NCBI RefSeq assembly: GCF_036588685.1
Contig: NC_086373.1
Span: 28,892,001 to 28,956,000 of the forward strand
Reading direction: 5' to 3'
DNA from: Mytilus trossulus
Taxonomy: Eukaryota
DNA: 64,000 bases
This document shows, piece after piece, positions 25,401-37,773 of this stretch. Below the pieces are notes generated by a model that had not been told where the DNA came from, made no database searches, and saw nothing but the letters and a program-made list of their open reading frames with translations. The number at the start of each line of letters is the position of its first letter. Position 1 is the first letter of the stretch. The position numbers were made by a program, and so were the translations under genes.

Positions 25401-26906
25401 CGAATACTTTTAGTTTTCGCACTCTAACTTAGTAAAAGTGAATAGAAATCTATGAAATTTTAACACAAGGTTTATGACACCATAAAAGGAAGGCTGGTAT
25501 TGATTTTGGGAGTTTTGGTCCCAATATTTTAGGAATTAGGGGCCAAAAAGAGCCTAAATAAGCATTTTCTTGGTTTTCGCACTATAACTTTAGTTTAAGT
25601 TAATAGAAATCTATGAAATTTTGACACAAGGTTTATGACCACAAAAGAAAGGTTGGATTGATTTTGGGTGTTTTGGTTTCAACAGTTTAGGAATTAGGGG
25701 CCAAAAAAGGGCCCAAATAAGCATTATTCTTGGTTTTCGCACAATAACTTTAGTTTACGTAAATAGAAATCAATGAAATTTAAACACAATGTTTATGACT
25801 ACAAAAGGAAGGTTGGTATTGATTTTGGGAGTTTTGGTCCCAACAGTTAAGGAAAAAGGGGCCCAAAGGGTCCAAAATTAAACTTTGTTTGATTTCATCA
25901 AAATTGAATAATTGGGGTTCTTTAATATGCCGAATCTAACTGTGTATGTAGATTCCTAATTTTTGGTCCCGTTTTCAAATTGGTCTACATTAAGGTCCAA
26001 AGGGTCCAAAATTAAACTTAGTTTGATTTTAACAAAAATTAAAACCTTGGGGTTCTTTGATATGCTGAATATAAAAATGTACTTAGATTTTTGATTATTG
26101 GCCCAGTTTTCAAGTTGGCCCAAATCGAGGTCCAAAATTAAACATTGTTTGATTTCATCAAAAATTGAATAATTGGGGTTCTTTGATATGCCAAATCTAA
26201 TTGTGTATGTAGATTCTTAATTTTTGGTCCAGTTTTAAAATTGGTCTAAATTAAAGTGCAAAGGGTCCAAAATTAAACTAAGTTTGATTTTAACAAAAAT
26301 CAAATTCTTGGGCCTCTTTGATATGCTGAATCTAAACATGTACTTAGATTTTTGATTATGGCCCAGTTTTCAAGTTGGTCCAATCAGGATCTAAAATTAT
26401 TATATTAAGTATTGTGCAATAGCAAGTCTTTTCAATTGCACAGTATTGTGCAATGGCAAGAAATATCTAATTTCACAATATTGTGAAATAGCAAATTTTT
26501 TTTTTAATTAAGAGTTATCTTTCTTTGTCCAGTAAAGTAAGCAAGAAATATCTGCAAGAATTTTTTTTAATTGGGAGTTATCTTTCTTTGTCCAGAATCA
26601 ACTTAAATCTTTGTTATATACAATATACAATGTATATTCACTTTTACTACCAACTGATAAATTTAAATAATCTTTACCATTCAGTGATAACAAGCAGTTT
26701 TTTACATCTTAATATTTTATGATGTATTTAAATGAGTAGTAATTGTTGCAAACTCCATTAGAATATTTTAATTGAAATTAGTTTTGGAATAAGGGAAAGG
26801 GGGATGTGATTAAAAAATTGGGTTCAATTTCTCATTTGAAATTTCATAAATAAAAAGAAAATTTCTTCAAACATTTTTTTGAGAGGATTAATATTCAACA
26901 GCATAG
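25310..26906 (+). mobile_element. Helentron-associated (HINE/pearl-like) element with internal tandem repeats
   Basis: T-rich start TTTTATACGACCGC with inverted partner GTCGTATA, then a (GTC)n microsatellite at ~25366-25400, three ~160-bp core repeats and alternating ~125-bp repeats (GGTCCAAAATTAAAC). Runs into the gap. Confidence 0.65.
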
Positions 26907-27006
26907 NNNNNNNNNNNNNNNNNNNNNNNNNNNNNNNNNNNNNNNNNNNNNNNNNNNNNNNNNNNNNNNNNNNNNNNNNNNNNNNNNNNNNNNNNNNNNN
27001 NNNNNN
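26907..27006. other. Assembly gap (100 N)
   Basis: Run of 100 N; the true size is unknown. Confidence 1.
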
Positions 27007-27396
27007 AGTTTTGTCCAATTCGGCTATTTTTTTCTGTAATTTCGGGCTTAGGACTTTGATAAATTTTTGAAAATCGCACTTATACCGATTTTTTTCTAGA
27101 TGCTTTCAGATATTGGGCTGATTCGTGGTATGTGAGTTAACCACAATGAGTTACAGATCAAGTTTAAGTTTTGTTTTGCTCCGCTTATTTTTGCCAAAAT
27201 GAAGGTTAAACAACTTTGAAAATTGTTAGAAATCAGTTATACAGACTTTTTTTCTATATGCCTCTAGAATTTGAGCTGATTTTTGATATGTAGGACTACT
27301 ATTATGTTTGTGTCCACATGTGTCCACATTGAAATTCCTGATTTTTCAACTTTTTTGAGACGGGGTTGTTCGTGTCGCTTTGACACATCTAGTTTT
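27007..27396 (+). mobile_element. Helitron/Helentron-type 3' end
   Basis: Hairpin GTGTC-GCTTT-GACAC (27372-27386), then CTAG (27389-27392) and a T run. Confidence 0.55.
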
Positions 27397-28217
27397 TAAA
27401 ATGTGTTAGGCTGCAGAAATAATAGTTTTATGGGAATATTGCATTGTAAGCGCTCTTTTATACGCATTAACAAAAAATGACAGATATTTATGAAGCATAA
27501 ATCAAAGATTGATATGAGCAATGTCTAGGACTAGTTCGAAAATATAAGTGAATGAACCTCTCTGAATTTGTACCACAAGTTTCCATACCAAACAAGAAAG
27601 GTTTTTTTTTCTCGTAGAAATGATAGGGAAAATAGAGATGTTGACGAAAAATGATGCATTTACCTATCTGTTTAAAAATAATATTTTGAGCTTAAATGGT
27701 CCGGGACCCCCTTTTTTCAACCAATTTGATTCACTCTTTGTAAAGATGAAAATATAAAAAAAATACGTCACTTCTGACCTCGGGCTTCTGACAGAAACTT
27801 CTAATAGGACAGAGCCACCTTAAAATTGATTGACTTTTGTGATAATGGTTCCATGTTGGAATTAGGGCAAAAAGAGGAAGTGGAAACAAGTTTTTTTCTG
27901 GTATCCGAACAATAACTTGTGTATACTGAGTGTATTGAATATATTTTTTTGAAATAGTACTACAAATATACGTACAACATTGGATTGGCTCTGTTGGTTA
28001 TTGCCTAAACCGTTTAGGAGTTAGGAGAAAAAAGGGGGATTTGAATAGGTTTCCTTAAAATTGCTGAAGTTATTAGTATATTGATATCTTTAACTTTGAC
28101 CTAAATTTATAAAGATACTTTACTAGAATGCATTCTCGAACCTACAACTGGGATATAAAGTTGATTCTTTGTCACGTGATCAGATAGGTACAATAGTAGA
28201 TAAGGTGCACACATATA

Positions 28218-30346
28218 GGGAATGTGTAAATAGCAAAACCAGAAACCAAGAAACCAGAAATCAGAAACAAGAAACAAGAAACAAGAAACAAGAAATTAAA
28301 AATTATCTAATATTGAACATGTTTCTAATAACTAATTATAATTGACCTGATATAAATACACATGTATAACTGATAAGGACTCTGATCTTTATGCACCTGC
28401 TGTAGCTGAAAACCTTATCAATTGTAATAAAACTTAATTATATATACAAAAAAGTGTCAATTCAGTGTTGGATTTTTAATTGTGTTGAAAGGTTGACATT
28501 GTTTATAGATGTTTTAATGGTGTGTTTACACCACAATATAGTAAAAGGTTGCTGATGTAAAACAATTATAAAGTGTCAGTTCAGTGTTAGACCACAAACA
28601 TAACTTGGTACAGATTTTTATTTGTGTTGAAAGGTTGACATTTCTTATAGATCTTTTAAAAGTGTGTTTACTATAGTAAAGGGTTGCTGATGTAAAAAGT
28701 TTAAGAAATATCACCTCTGAATTTGATTTATGATTTCCTTTCTTTCCTTTTTTCATTGTTTTAATTAGTAAGGCCCAGGACCAATCCAGTATCCTTCGAA
28801 ATTAATTTCATTTACAAAGTATTATGTGCATAGATTTAGAGTAATTAAGAGCTGGTATACTCAATGTATGACAAATATTTCTTGCTTTGGAATACATTTT
28901 TTCGGCATTTATTTTTATACTGTTTTAAGAAACACTTGCTTGTAGTATAATTATTGTGTGTGTATTTTTAGAAAAGAAACATAGAGCCGGGACTGTGTTC
29001 TTAATACTATAAGAGTTGTTTCTGTTACGGTCACGTAGATCTAAGCCTATCCTCATCAGGTATCCCTGGCCTAAACATTTTTGTTTTGTAATATTAAGAA
29101 TGGTTCGAATGGTGCAAATGTATCCCCTTGAATCAACAGAGTTTCAGTTGAAATCCCCACAATTCTTTCTGGAGAAAAGATGAAATATTGAATGACATGC
29201 CAATTTACTTTGAATTCTGATAAAGGTACATGAGTTTCAATCTTATAGGTCTAGAAGAAGAAAACTCATTTGAGGATGGTTCTCCAGGTGAAAGTGTAAT
29301 AAATCCACAGTTATGTATTTTCAAGTATACAAATATGTCCATCTGTCCGTCTGTCTGTCGTCAACATGTCGGACATTAACTCAAAAATGCTTTTACCAAT
29401 TTGCAAGAAACTTTGGTGAATTGTTTATATCTATTGACGTGAGCTCCCTTTCGATTTTAATAAATTTCAGATTTATGTTTCCGAGTTATGGTGTTTTATT
29501 CATTAAAAAAAGGGGGATTTTCCAGTTTTCGGACAATAACTCAAAAATGCTATCAGCAGTTCTCATGAAACTTTGGTGAATTGTTTATATCTATTGACGT
29601 AAGCTCCCTGTCATTTTTTATAGATTTTAAATTTTATATTTCCTAGTTATGGGATTTTATTCATAAAAGGGGTGATTTTCTAGTTTTCAGACAATACCTT
29701 TATTGCTTTGAGCAGTTTTCTTTAAACTTTGGTGCCTGGTTAATATCTATTAAGATAACCTCCCTTTAATTATTCATAAATTTCTGATATGACATTTAGA
29801 AGTTATTGAACCTTATTTTTAGAAAATGTGACAGGCGTATCATGCGCTCATGGCATAGCTGTTTATTCTTTTTTTACTCATTTTTACATAGAAACTATGA
29901 ACAGTGTAACTGATTTTTTTTCCAATTTCACTTGTGGTATTCTGATCACTATTTATCTAAATGATTAAATAACATGACACAATTTGTACTCAAAATGCCA
30001 CTTGAAAGATATGTTTACAGCCAGAATATAAAACAATATTAAAACATCTATAATCAATGTCATCCTTTCAATGTAACAAGTTAAGTATGCAGCCCAACAC
30101 TGAACTGACACTTTTTTGTATATAAGTTTTTTTCATCTGATTAGTTTTTCAGCTACAGCAGATGCATAAAGAACAGCCCTTATCAGTTTAATATAAATGT
30201 GTAATTATATTATGTCAATTATATTTAGTTATTAAAAAAATAATATTCAACATTACATATTTTTTATATTTTTTGTTTCTTGTTTCTTGTTTCTGGTTTC
30301 TGATTTCTGGTTTCTTGGTTTCTGGTTTTGCTATTTACACATTCCC
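28218..30346. mobile_element. Mutator-like foldback element with long TIRs and 10-bp TSD
   Basis: TIRs start GGGAATGTGTAAATAGCAAAACC, include (AGAAACA)n repeats and remain similar for several hundred bp. TSD CACACATATA at 28208-28217 and 30347-30356. Confidence 0.85.
29330..29865 (+). mobile_element. pearl/HINE-like element nested in the foldback element
   Basis: (CTGT/CCGT) microsatellite head, three ~160-bp core repeats (AACTTTGGTGAATTGTTTATATCTATTG) and a 3' palindrome remnant. Confidence 0.6.
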
Positions 30347-31869
30347 CACACATATATATATACACATTATGTGACGTCATTGGACATATATTCGAATCCC
30401 GGCGAGGGAAGAACCAAAAGTTTGCGAAAGCAAATTTACAGATCTAACATTGTTGGGTTGATGTTTAGACGAGTTATATATATATATACGAGTCTAAATT
30501 GAAAACTACGTTCAAACCTATGACTGCGTTGGATAAAAACCGCAATTTTTATACGTGTGCATGTCAAACAAATTTCGTTGTAGAAGGGTCTAAACACAGC
30601 ACAAACAACATTTTCCAAAAGACCAAAAGAGTGAAAAAGTATATTTAAACAAAACGCATTTGACTAACAGGTCGAAGTATATATATATATATGCCCATAA
30701 CTGCAGTGACGTCAGTTAGAACTGCTCTATACTATCTTGACAGGTTTGGACAGTTCTACGGCTAGAAAACTTTTAGACAGTTCTGTTGATAGTTCTACGG
30801 TTAGAACTGATAAAGTCACTTCTGCCGACATTTCCACGATTATAACTGATTTGGTCAGTTCTATCTAGAACTGTCCTAGGATAGATTATTCTTACAGTTC
30901 TATCGGGAGATTAGAAGTGATCTTCACTGTATGATTCCAAAAGAAGATCCTGAATTTATTGCAATTGTTTCTATGTTTTTTTTTCAAATCAGGTCGTCAT
31001 AATGCACAATTATTTTTTTAAATATTCATCGTTTTTTAACTCATATGAAATAAGAGAAAGAGGTAGGCACATGTAACCTGCCCAAAACGTAAGATTGTGT
31101 TTACGATAAAAATAAATAGATAAAATAAATAATACATCCAATTTGAGGTCCTTATTGCGGTCTGCTTTTAAGTCTTTTCGTTTTCTTTAAAAAAACAAAT
31201 AAAATACAAAATTATGAAAAATATATAATTTAAATTTTGAACATGTTCAAGTTTAATATTACTACAGTCATTTTTAATATGAATTTTCTTAATTTACCTG
31301 TCACAGTGTTTCTGAAAAACTAATTCGCGCCAATGTTAAATCACAAAATGCGCGCAAATAAAATGCGCCCGCGTAACGTCCACTTACGGAAAAGCGAAAT
31401 ATGTTGTACAAACGAGAAACATTATTTGCGAAAGAGTCAGTAGCAAACTACGACAACTTGAAGTTGGAAAAAAGAAAAAATCCCGTTTACTTCGTGAATA
31501 TTTTGAAATTTGCGCTAAAACAGCTCTTACTTTTTCTTATTGGACCCTTTTATACTAGTATGCGGCACTTTTTTTTAAGGATTATCCATCCATCCGTAAA
31601 ACTGTGTTGAATATAAACAAAAAAAGAAGAAAAAGAAATTTTTATAAAATGTTATCTTAATATTTACGCTTTTCAAATGTAATGGGAGATAACTTATTTT
31701 AGAAAGAAATATTTTCATCTGAAACAGATATGACTGATTACAAAATGAGTTACATCCCATTTTGAATATTATTAAAAAACTTTAAAGTAATACGATCTTT
31801 AAGAAATATCTGACAAAGTGCACTGTACAGAAGTGCATTTCGTATACATATGATTATAATAATATACAA

Positions 31870-32155
31870 TTACTGTCTTTTGATGAGGTAAATGTGTGGT
31901 TTATTGACTTTTGAAAAACTGATATTGACTGAGGCCAACGGCCGAAGTGAATATCAGTTTTTCAAAAGTCAATAAACCCACATATTTACCGAAACAAAAG
32001 ACAGTAAATGTTTTATTCCATATTCCGAAAGAAATGAATGCAATAGAAAATATTTACCAAAAGTATTTGTAAATCAAACGTTTTTTTTTTACCAAAATTG
32101 TACACGAAAAAGCACGCGACGTTTAGCGCGGTGAATATCCATTTTCCGCAGGTGA
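31870..32155. mobile_element. Non-autonomous element with a terminal ~138-bp imperfect hairpin
   Basis: Palindrome 31870-32007 (TTTATTGACTTTTGAAAAACTGATATT / AATATCAGTTTTTCAAAAGTCAATAAA) centred on CTGAGGCCAACGGCCGAAG. Confidence 0.55.
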
Positions 32156-32260
32156 ATAATAATAATAATATAATAATAATAATTCTTTATTTAAAGAGGG
32201 TTACACAGTTAGCTATAAATCTAATCTTCCCTGAGGCCCTCATGAAATACAATGAAATAT
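32156..32260 (-). mobile_element. LINE (L2/CR1-like) 3' end with (ATT)n tail
   Basis: Minus strand reads GAGGGCCTCAGGGAAGATTAG...ACCCTCTTTAAATAAAG followed by an (ATT)n tail. Confidence 0.55.
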
Positions 32261-32989
32261 AACAAACAATTACAAAATATCAAACAGACACACATACATG
32301 AATAATGAAATAAAAAATGAAGTATACAATTTTCACTATGCTTATTTATTCAAAATCCCATTCATACAGAAAAACCTACTAAAAAGTTTATAAATATGGA
32401 ATAACTATAATTATCAAATGGAAGAAGAATGTCAAAATGCAAAATATATTTAGTCTATAATAAGGGGGATAACCAAAACTGCTTGTTTCTAAAAATATCT
32501 TCTATTTGTGTTTATGTACTTCGATAAATACATGTTTTTTAAACTATTCATTTCTTAGTTATTCCTTATAAAACGATAAAAACAAACGATGAAATTTAGC
32601 CATTATTTATAGAGCTCTTGTTATTTGTTGTGTTTTGTATTTTCTGTTATTGAGAAAAATAAAAAGATAACCAGAATGTCCATGGAAATCTGACGAAGAC
32701 ATATACTTGGTTGACAATCTCTAAAGATTTGGGGATTTTCAAGATTTGAATAATTATTTACGTTAGTTGTTGATATTTTTGCAACGAAAGATTTTCTTTT
32801 TTTTTCTTTTTGGACGATTATAATAAGCCCGATTGTAACTTTTGTCGTCTTTTTTTCTTACTAACTCTCCATTTTATTTTGTACAATATGTATTCATCTG
32901 TCGTGACAGTATTGAGCCTTAATTTGTTGACCCTTGAGAAAAAGAAGTAATCATTGAAATAAAACAAGATACTTAAACTAAACAAGTTA

Positions 32990-33371
32990 CGGAAACTGGC
33001 ATTAAATTAGAAATTTACCGAACGAAAGTTTATTAGTTTAAACTTGTTATTTACTCCAAATTAAATTTCAGTTAAATTGTCTTATATTAGTAGTTTGTTA
33101 AAAAATAAACGTATGTTTAAACGAAAACTTTAACGGCGATAAACTAGATTTAAACCTTTTAAATAACAAATTTAAACTGGTATTATTTTTCAAATAAATA
33201 ACAAATTTAATAACTCATAAATCGAAATTAAACTTAAGAAAATAAGAAATTTAACAAAATTATGAAACTTTAATAAACTACTAAAATAATTCTTCATAAA
33301 TCAGACCTTAAATTCAAAACTAGAAATTTAATATATGAATAAATTTTGTAAACGTATCATTTCATGCAGTG
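32990..33371 (-). mobile_element. CACTG terminus with AT-rich subterminal repeats, inverted relative to 19249
   Basis: Minus strand from 33371 reads CACTGCATGAAATGATACGTTTA. It truncates the YqaJ frame, whose last codons FTA* come from this terminus. Confidence 0.5.
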
Positions 33372-35205
33372 AAATATCTCACAGGAACTTCATTATGCAT
33401 TTGTTTCACAGGACATTTGATTTCAATCCCGCAAATGTCATTTGTACCGCTTTCTGACCGCAAACTACCATCTGGAGATACAACCATGAAATTTTGTTCC
33501 TCGTATTGTATTGCTATGCAACCCTCCTCATAATAAACTAAACCGGGATACAAAGACGGCAATATTTTCCCTACTGTTGCAACTGCGTATATCTCGTGCT
33601 TCGTTCCATAGTCAAGGAATGATTGCACTTCTGCCGACCGTTCTTTTGGTGGGACATGACACACTACTTGATCAAAGTGATCTTGCATTTTTTTTTAAAC
33701 CATCAAGTCCCAAAGCGGCATATATTGAGCTACCAGTAACTTTAGCAGTTTGACGAATCTCAAACCACTTTGATGATCGCTGTTTTACTAATCTCGTGTC
33801 ATCAGTTTCTATATCAGCTAACGGTTTAAACTTTTGATGATCGTCTAATTTGAAATGATAACCTCTGATATACATAGAACTACAACCATTTAAACTGGAT
33901 AGAACGGATAGTAGTTTTTCCAGTGTTATATCATAATGCCAGAAAAAAGAGTCTATCTCGTATAAAAAGGCATTAATGCTGCTAATCACATAGACATATT
34001 GACCATTTTTCCAATCTGATCCCGGAGCAGATCTATCAATAAATTTAGCCTTTGCGTACAACTTTTTCTCCTTTATCTTTCGTAATGATTGTGCAGTTAA
34101 TCCTAACAATTTTAGAACTTCCTGCAAAACAGAATTTATGTCAGCTTTCATATCTTGAGGAATATCATTCAAAACAACCATTTTTACATTTGCTTGTATC
34201 TCGCCAATAATTTCATATACCATGCTTAACTCAGCTTCTAATTTCTTTTGTTTCTCGTATAAAGATACCCAATCCTCAAATCCAAGAAGATTGATATCAC
34301 CATGTGTTCCACTTAAACCTTGTTTTAGTTTCTTTCCATCAAATGATAAGCATGCTGAAGTATCCTGTAGGGAATTGGCCATATCATGCATAATGTCAGT
34401 GAAGATTCCCGGTTCACGTACCGTATGTTGTTTTTCGTAGAGTTATATGGTTGAAAGTTTCTTAGAATTTTAATATCTGTCACTGCAAAGTTTATATCTG
34501 CTTCAGTTGGATTAAAGGAACCCTGCACAGTATCACCAAACGTAACTTGCGACGTGTTTTTGAATCCCATCATAAATCGAACAAACTTGCTGCCAAACAA
34601 TATCCATCCAAGTTTCCAAAACTTTTTTGCACGTTCCATGTAACGCATTTCACAAGTGTTGGAAGTGCTGAAAAAAATGACTAATTCAATCCATAAAAGG
34701 AACGCAATATTGTCAAGGGGGAATTTTCCGTCTGATACAACCTTGAAGAACTTAACGATGGAATCAGCACAATTGTTTTGATGTAGAACAGTAAGAACTG
34801 CAGGAGCAAGTGCTATCAATTCTTGCAGTTTGTCATTTTTTGGGGGATCCTCTATTTCATGTTCTATTTCATGAAACATGTCGTTCTGAAGTTGATCTGC
34901 AAACAATCGTATGCATGGTCCTGTTGCTCCTCTATCGTGACCTTTGTTCAAATCTACTGGCGATTTTGATGAAATATCTTCAGTAATTTGGTGAAACTTA
35001 ATATTTTTGGCAGGTGATTTTATTTTGATGACAAATGAAGATTTGCAAATCGAATTTTAAGTAAAATCTAGATTCAAAACAGGAAAGTGGATCATGTGAA
35101 GCAGTGAAAATGAGGTTTGTTTTCAAATGACTGATTGTTGTTTGTTTGATTTCAGTCCTTGAGAATGGCATTTTTGTACTTTTAAGACGTGAACAATTTG
35201 GTTAA
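33372..35205 (-). pseudogene. Frameshifted TE-type gene with a YqaJ/lambda-exonuclease (PD-(D/E)XK) domain
   Basis: Three overlapping ORFs (34325-34951, 33672-34391, 33362-33688) join into one protein with QRSSKWFEIR..KVTGS, YGTKHE, SPDG and IEIKCP (YqaJ motifs). CLSFDGKKLKQG..GDINLLGFE lies upstream. The frame extends into the 158-bp repeat. Confidence 0.8.
35048..35205 (+). repeat. 158-bp direct repeat, left copy (putative giant target duplication)
   Basis: AATCGAATTTT...AACAATTTGGTTAA matches 45010-45167, with two substitutions seen. Confidence 0.95.
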
Positions 35206-37577
35206 TTATAATTTTGTTCGTATGACAAAACAATCTGTCTTCCTTCCATTGTGACAAAATAATCATTTAATTTGGTACTGGTATCTGTAATGAGTACTTT
35301 CTCATTGCAGTTTTCCTAAACAGAACTTATCATATGTCATACTAACCTTCCATGTTGGTTTGAGGGAATGATTTAATTCTACCGAATCGCAAGTTGATTG
35401 TCCACTTGTGTCATATGCATTTCAATGGAATCCGTCTTCTACAAATTGCCTGAAACTAATCCAGGCTTTTTTCTGCCTGTAACATATGGCAAAGAAATAG
35501 TTGGACCCGTGAAAAAACATAACATGTATTTATTATTGACATTGAAAAACTTTTTGACCCATTTTAAAGTTTGAGTTGGATATCAGACTTTGTCCGGTTG
35601 GCATTTTAATATCTCTATTAACATAACCTGCTCACCGCTTGGGCACTTTTTTTCTGATGTCTTGCCAAAAAAACTTCAGAATCTTCGTTATTATAACGAC
35701 TGTATCAGTTATTTCTTGATGGTGTGACCAGGGATTTAAGTCATAAAAATTTGCTCAGTGCTTTGAGCACAAAGATCATGCTCGAAACATGAAGTCTAGC
35801 ATTTTGATTGGTTGATTTTGGAGTATGAGTACAAAACAATGAACGTTTTATGACCGCAAGATCTGGTTCACTACTAAAAATCCATGTCCAATGCGATTCA
35901 GACTGTTTAATTATAATGATGTTTATAAAACTACATTGATTGATTTTGCTAAGAAAACGAAAAATTGCCAATACAAATAAATGCAAGGTGATCTCCATCA
36001 AGGCCCATTGGATGACCAGTAGGAAAGAAGGAGAGGGAGTGCGGAGCGAATAAATCGCTCAAATGAAGGACGGAGTGTGGCGGAAAAGAATGGTCAGTAA
36101 AACATAGGAGGTGGGACACGTGGAGACACAAAGAGTCGACGAAAAAGCCGACATTTCATCAGTCGGAGGAGGATGCACGGCATTCCCCTCTTTCAAACAC
36201 GACCCGTCACAAAAAAAATTGAACTGGCAAATAATTCCTTTGATTTCACTCCGACACAAGGGTCTGGCATTCATGACACAATGGGGGAACATGTACCTTT
36301 TAAAATTAAGGAAAATATTTGGAAAAGTAAGTTTATAGAGCTTTGCTATCCTTTGATAGCGCAAAAAGAAATTGAGGAAATTGATGATGGCAATTTGAAA
36401 TAAAAAGAGGGGAAACATTTGCATTGAAAAAGATCGTCAGGTGTTTTTTTTTTGTCCATAAATGAATGGACTTTAGCATTCATGGTTTTTATGAGTGTCT
36501 ACATTAAGAAATACAGGACACGGGCACAGGAATTGTGAAAATATATGCGCGATATAAGATTAGCGGCAACGAGGTCATTAAACTGGGCCATCTATGACGA
36601 GCTATTAAGGCTAAAAATAGAAAAGAACCCAAATCTATCTTGGTGAAACATAACGTCACGATACCCAAATTGCACCGAATACCCAAACAGCACCTATTAA
36701 GCAAAAAAAGCAGCGGAAATCAAACAACATTTCCTAGAGACTAAACATTTTCAATTTTATCATTGGATACTATGCACGTCTTTCAATATAGGTAAATATT
36801 TTTAGATATACACGAAACGTTCACAGCATTTCTCTACAGACGAAGTGTTTACTGAAAAAAAGAAAAATGTACGGAAACGTCGACATACGAAGTCATCAAA
36901 ACAGCATCTTTTTAAAATTAGCAAATACAATATGTTACCACATGTTCAAGTGTCCATTTCTTAAAAAATGAAGAGTTAGCATGGACTTATATCCAATTTT
37001 TCAAAGTATTTGAAGGAATTAATCAAAAGCTCTGTTATTTGCCTTTTGACGATGCAAATTTCAGCATGGATGCAATTCGGGTACTCCACATTACAGACTC
37101 ATTGATGGTTTGGAGGTCATTTCAGACCACTTTTGTTTTGATTCCATATCGTTAATAATTATACATCTACAAAATTTACATATGATGACAACTTTTTTCA
37201 GAAGAATTAATAAAAGCTAGTTAAAAAAACTGTCAAAATAGGTGCAATTTGGGAACCCGCACGTTACACGGTAAATATTGGCTATAACACATTACATCTC
37301 CCACAGTACAAAACGATGTGGCAGTGCAATCACTGGGTTATAGAACAAATACAACAAATCGTGGTCATTATACTTCAAATGCATCTACATTTTCAAACAC
37401 TGACACGAGAACACATCATTAATCACAGGTTACTAGTGGAAGTGTAAATATGTCATGTAAATACTATATATAATAATGGTAATGTTTGTCCCTGCTTCCC
37501 TCGTTGTATGTTTAAAAATGTATGTGAAATATGCAGTGACAAACACAGAAAGGCCCAATGTAATAACCGGGCCAAAA
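35205..37577 (+). repeat. ~2.37-kb inverted repeat, left arm
   Basis: Reverse complement of 42636-45012. The ORF track shows mirrored ORFs (36504-36704 vs 43509-43709; 36059-36424 vs 43789-44154). Scattered substitutions and a 4-bp indel. Confidence 0.95.
36170..37110 (+). pseudogene. DIRS/Ngaro-type gag and RT-start relic inside the arm (mirrored at ~43100-44040)
   Basis: GEHVPFKIKENIWKSKFIEL and SINEWTLAFMVFMSVYIKKYRTRAQEL*KYMRDIRLAATRSLNWAIYDELLRLK..NPNLSW. The latter aligns with YDQQFRLR..NPTRCW of the Ngaro gag at 57373. Confidence 0.7.
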
Positions 37578-37773
37578 TTTGTCAAAAGTCTGATCAAGAT
37601 CCTGTGAATCGTGCATGGAAATTTAAACCTTAATTAAAATTTGTAAAACAAATAATTTAATCACGACAACAGTCATATATTGTTCAGGAAGCTTCCATAT
37701 TCAACCATTTGCAAGCGACTGTATCCCTATAATCCCGTTCTCAATCCGCTTCTAATCTAATTTGTATCTTTTA

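Noticed and set aside
26824-27079. ORFs spanning the N run
   Set aside because: Artefacts of the assembly gap.
30385-30420. TTCGAATCCC B-box suggesting a tRNA gene
   Set aside because: No cloverleaf or A-box upstream; at most a SINE head fragment.
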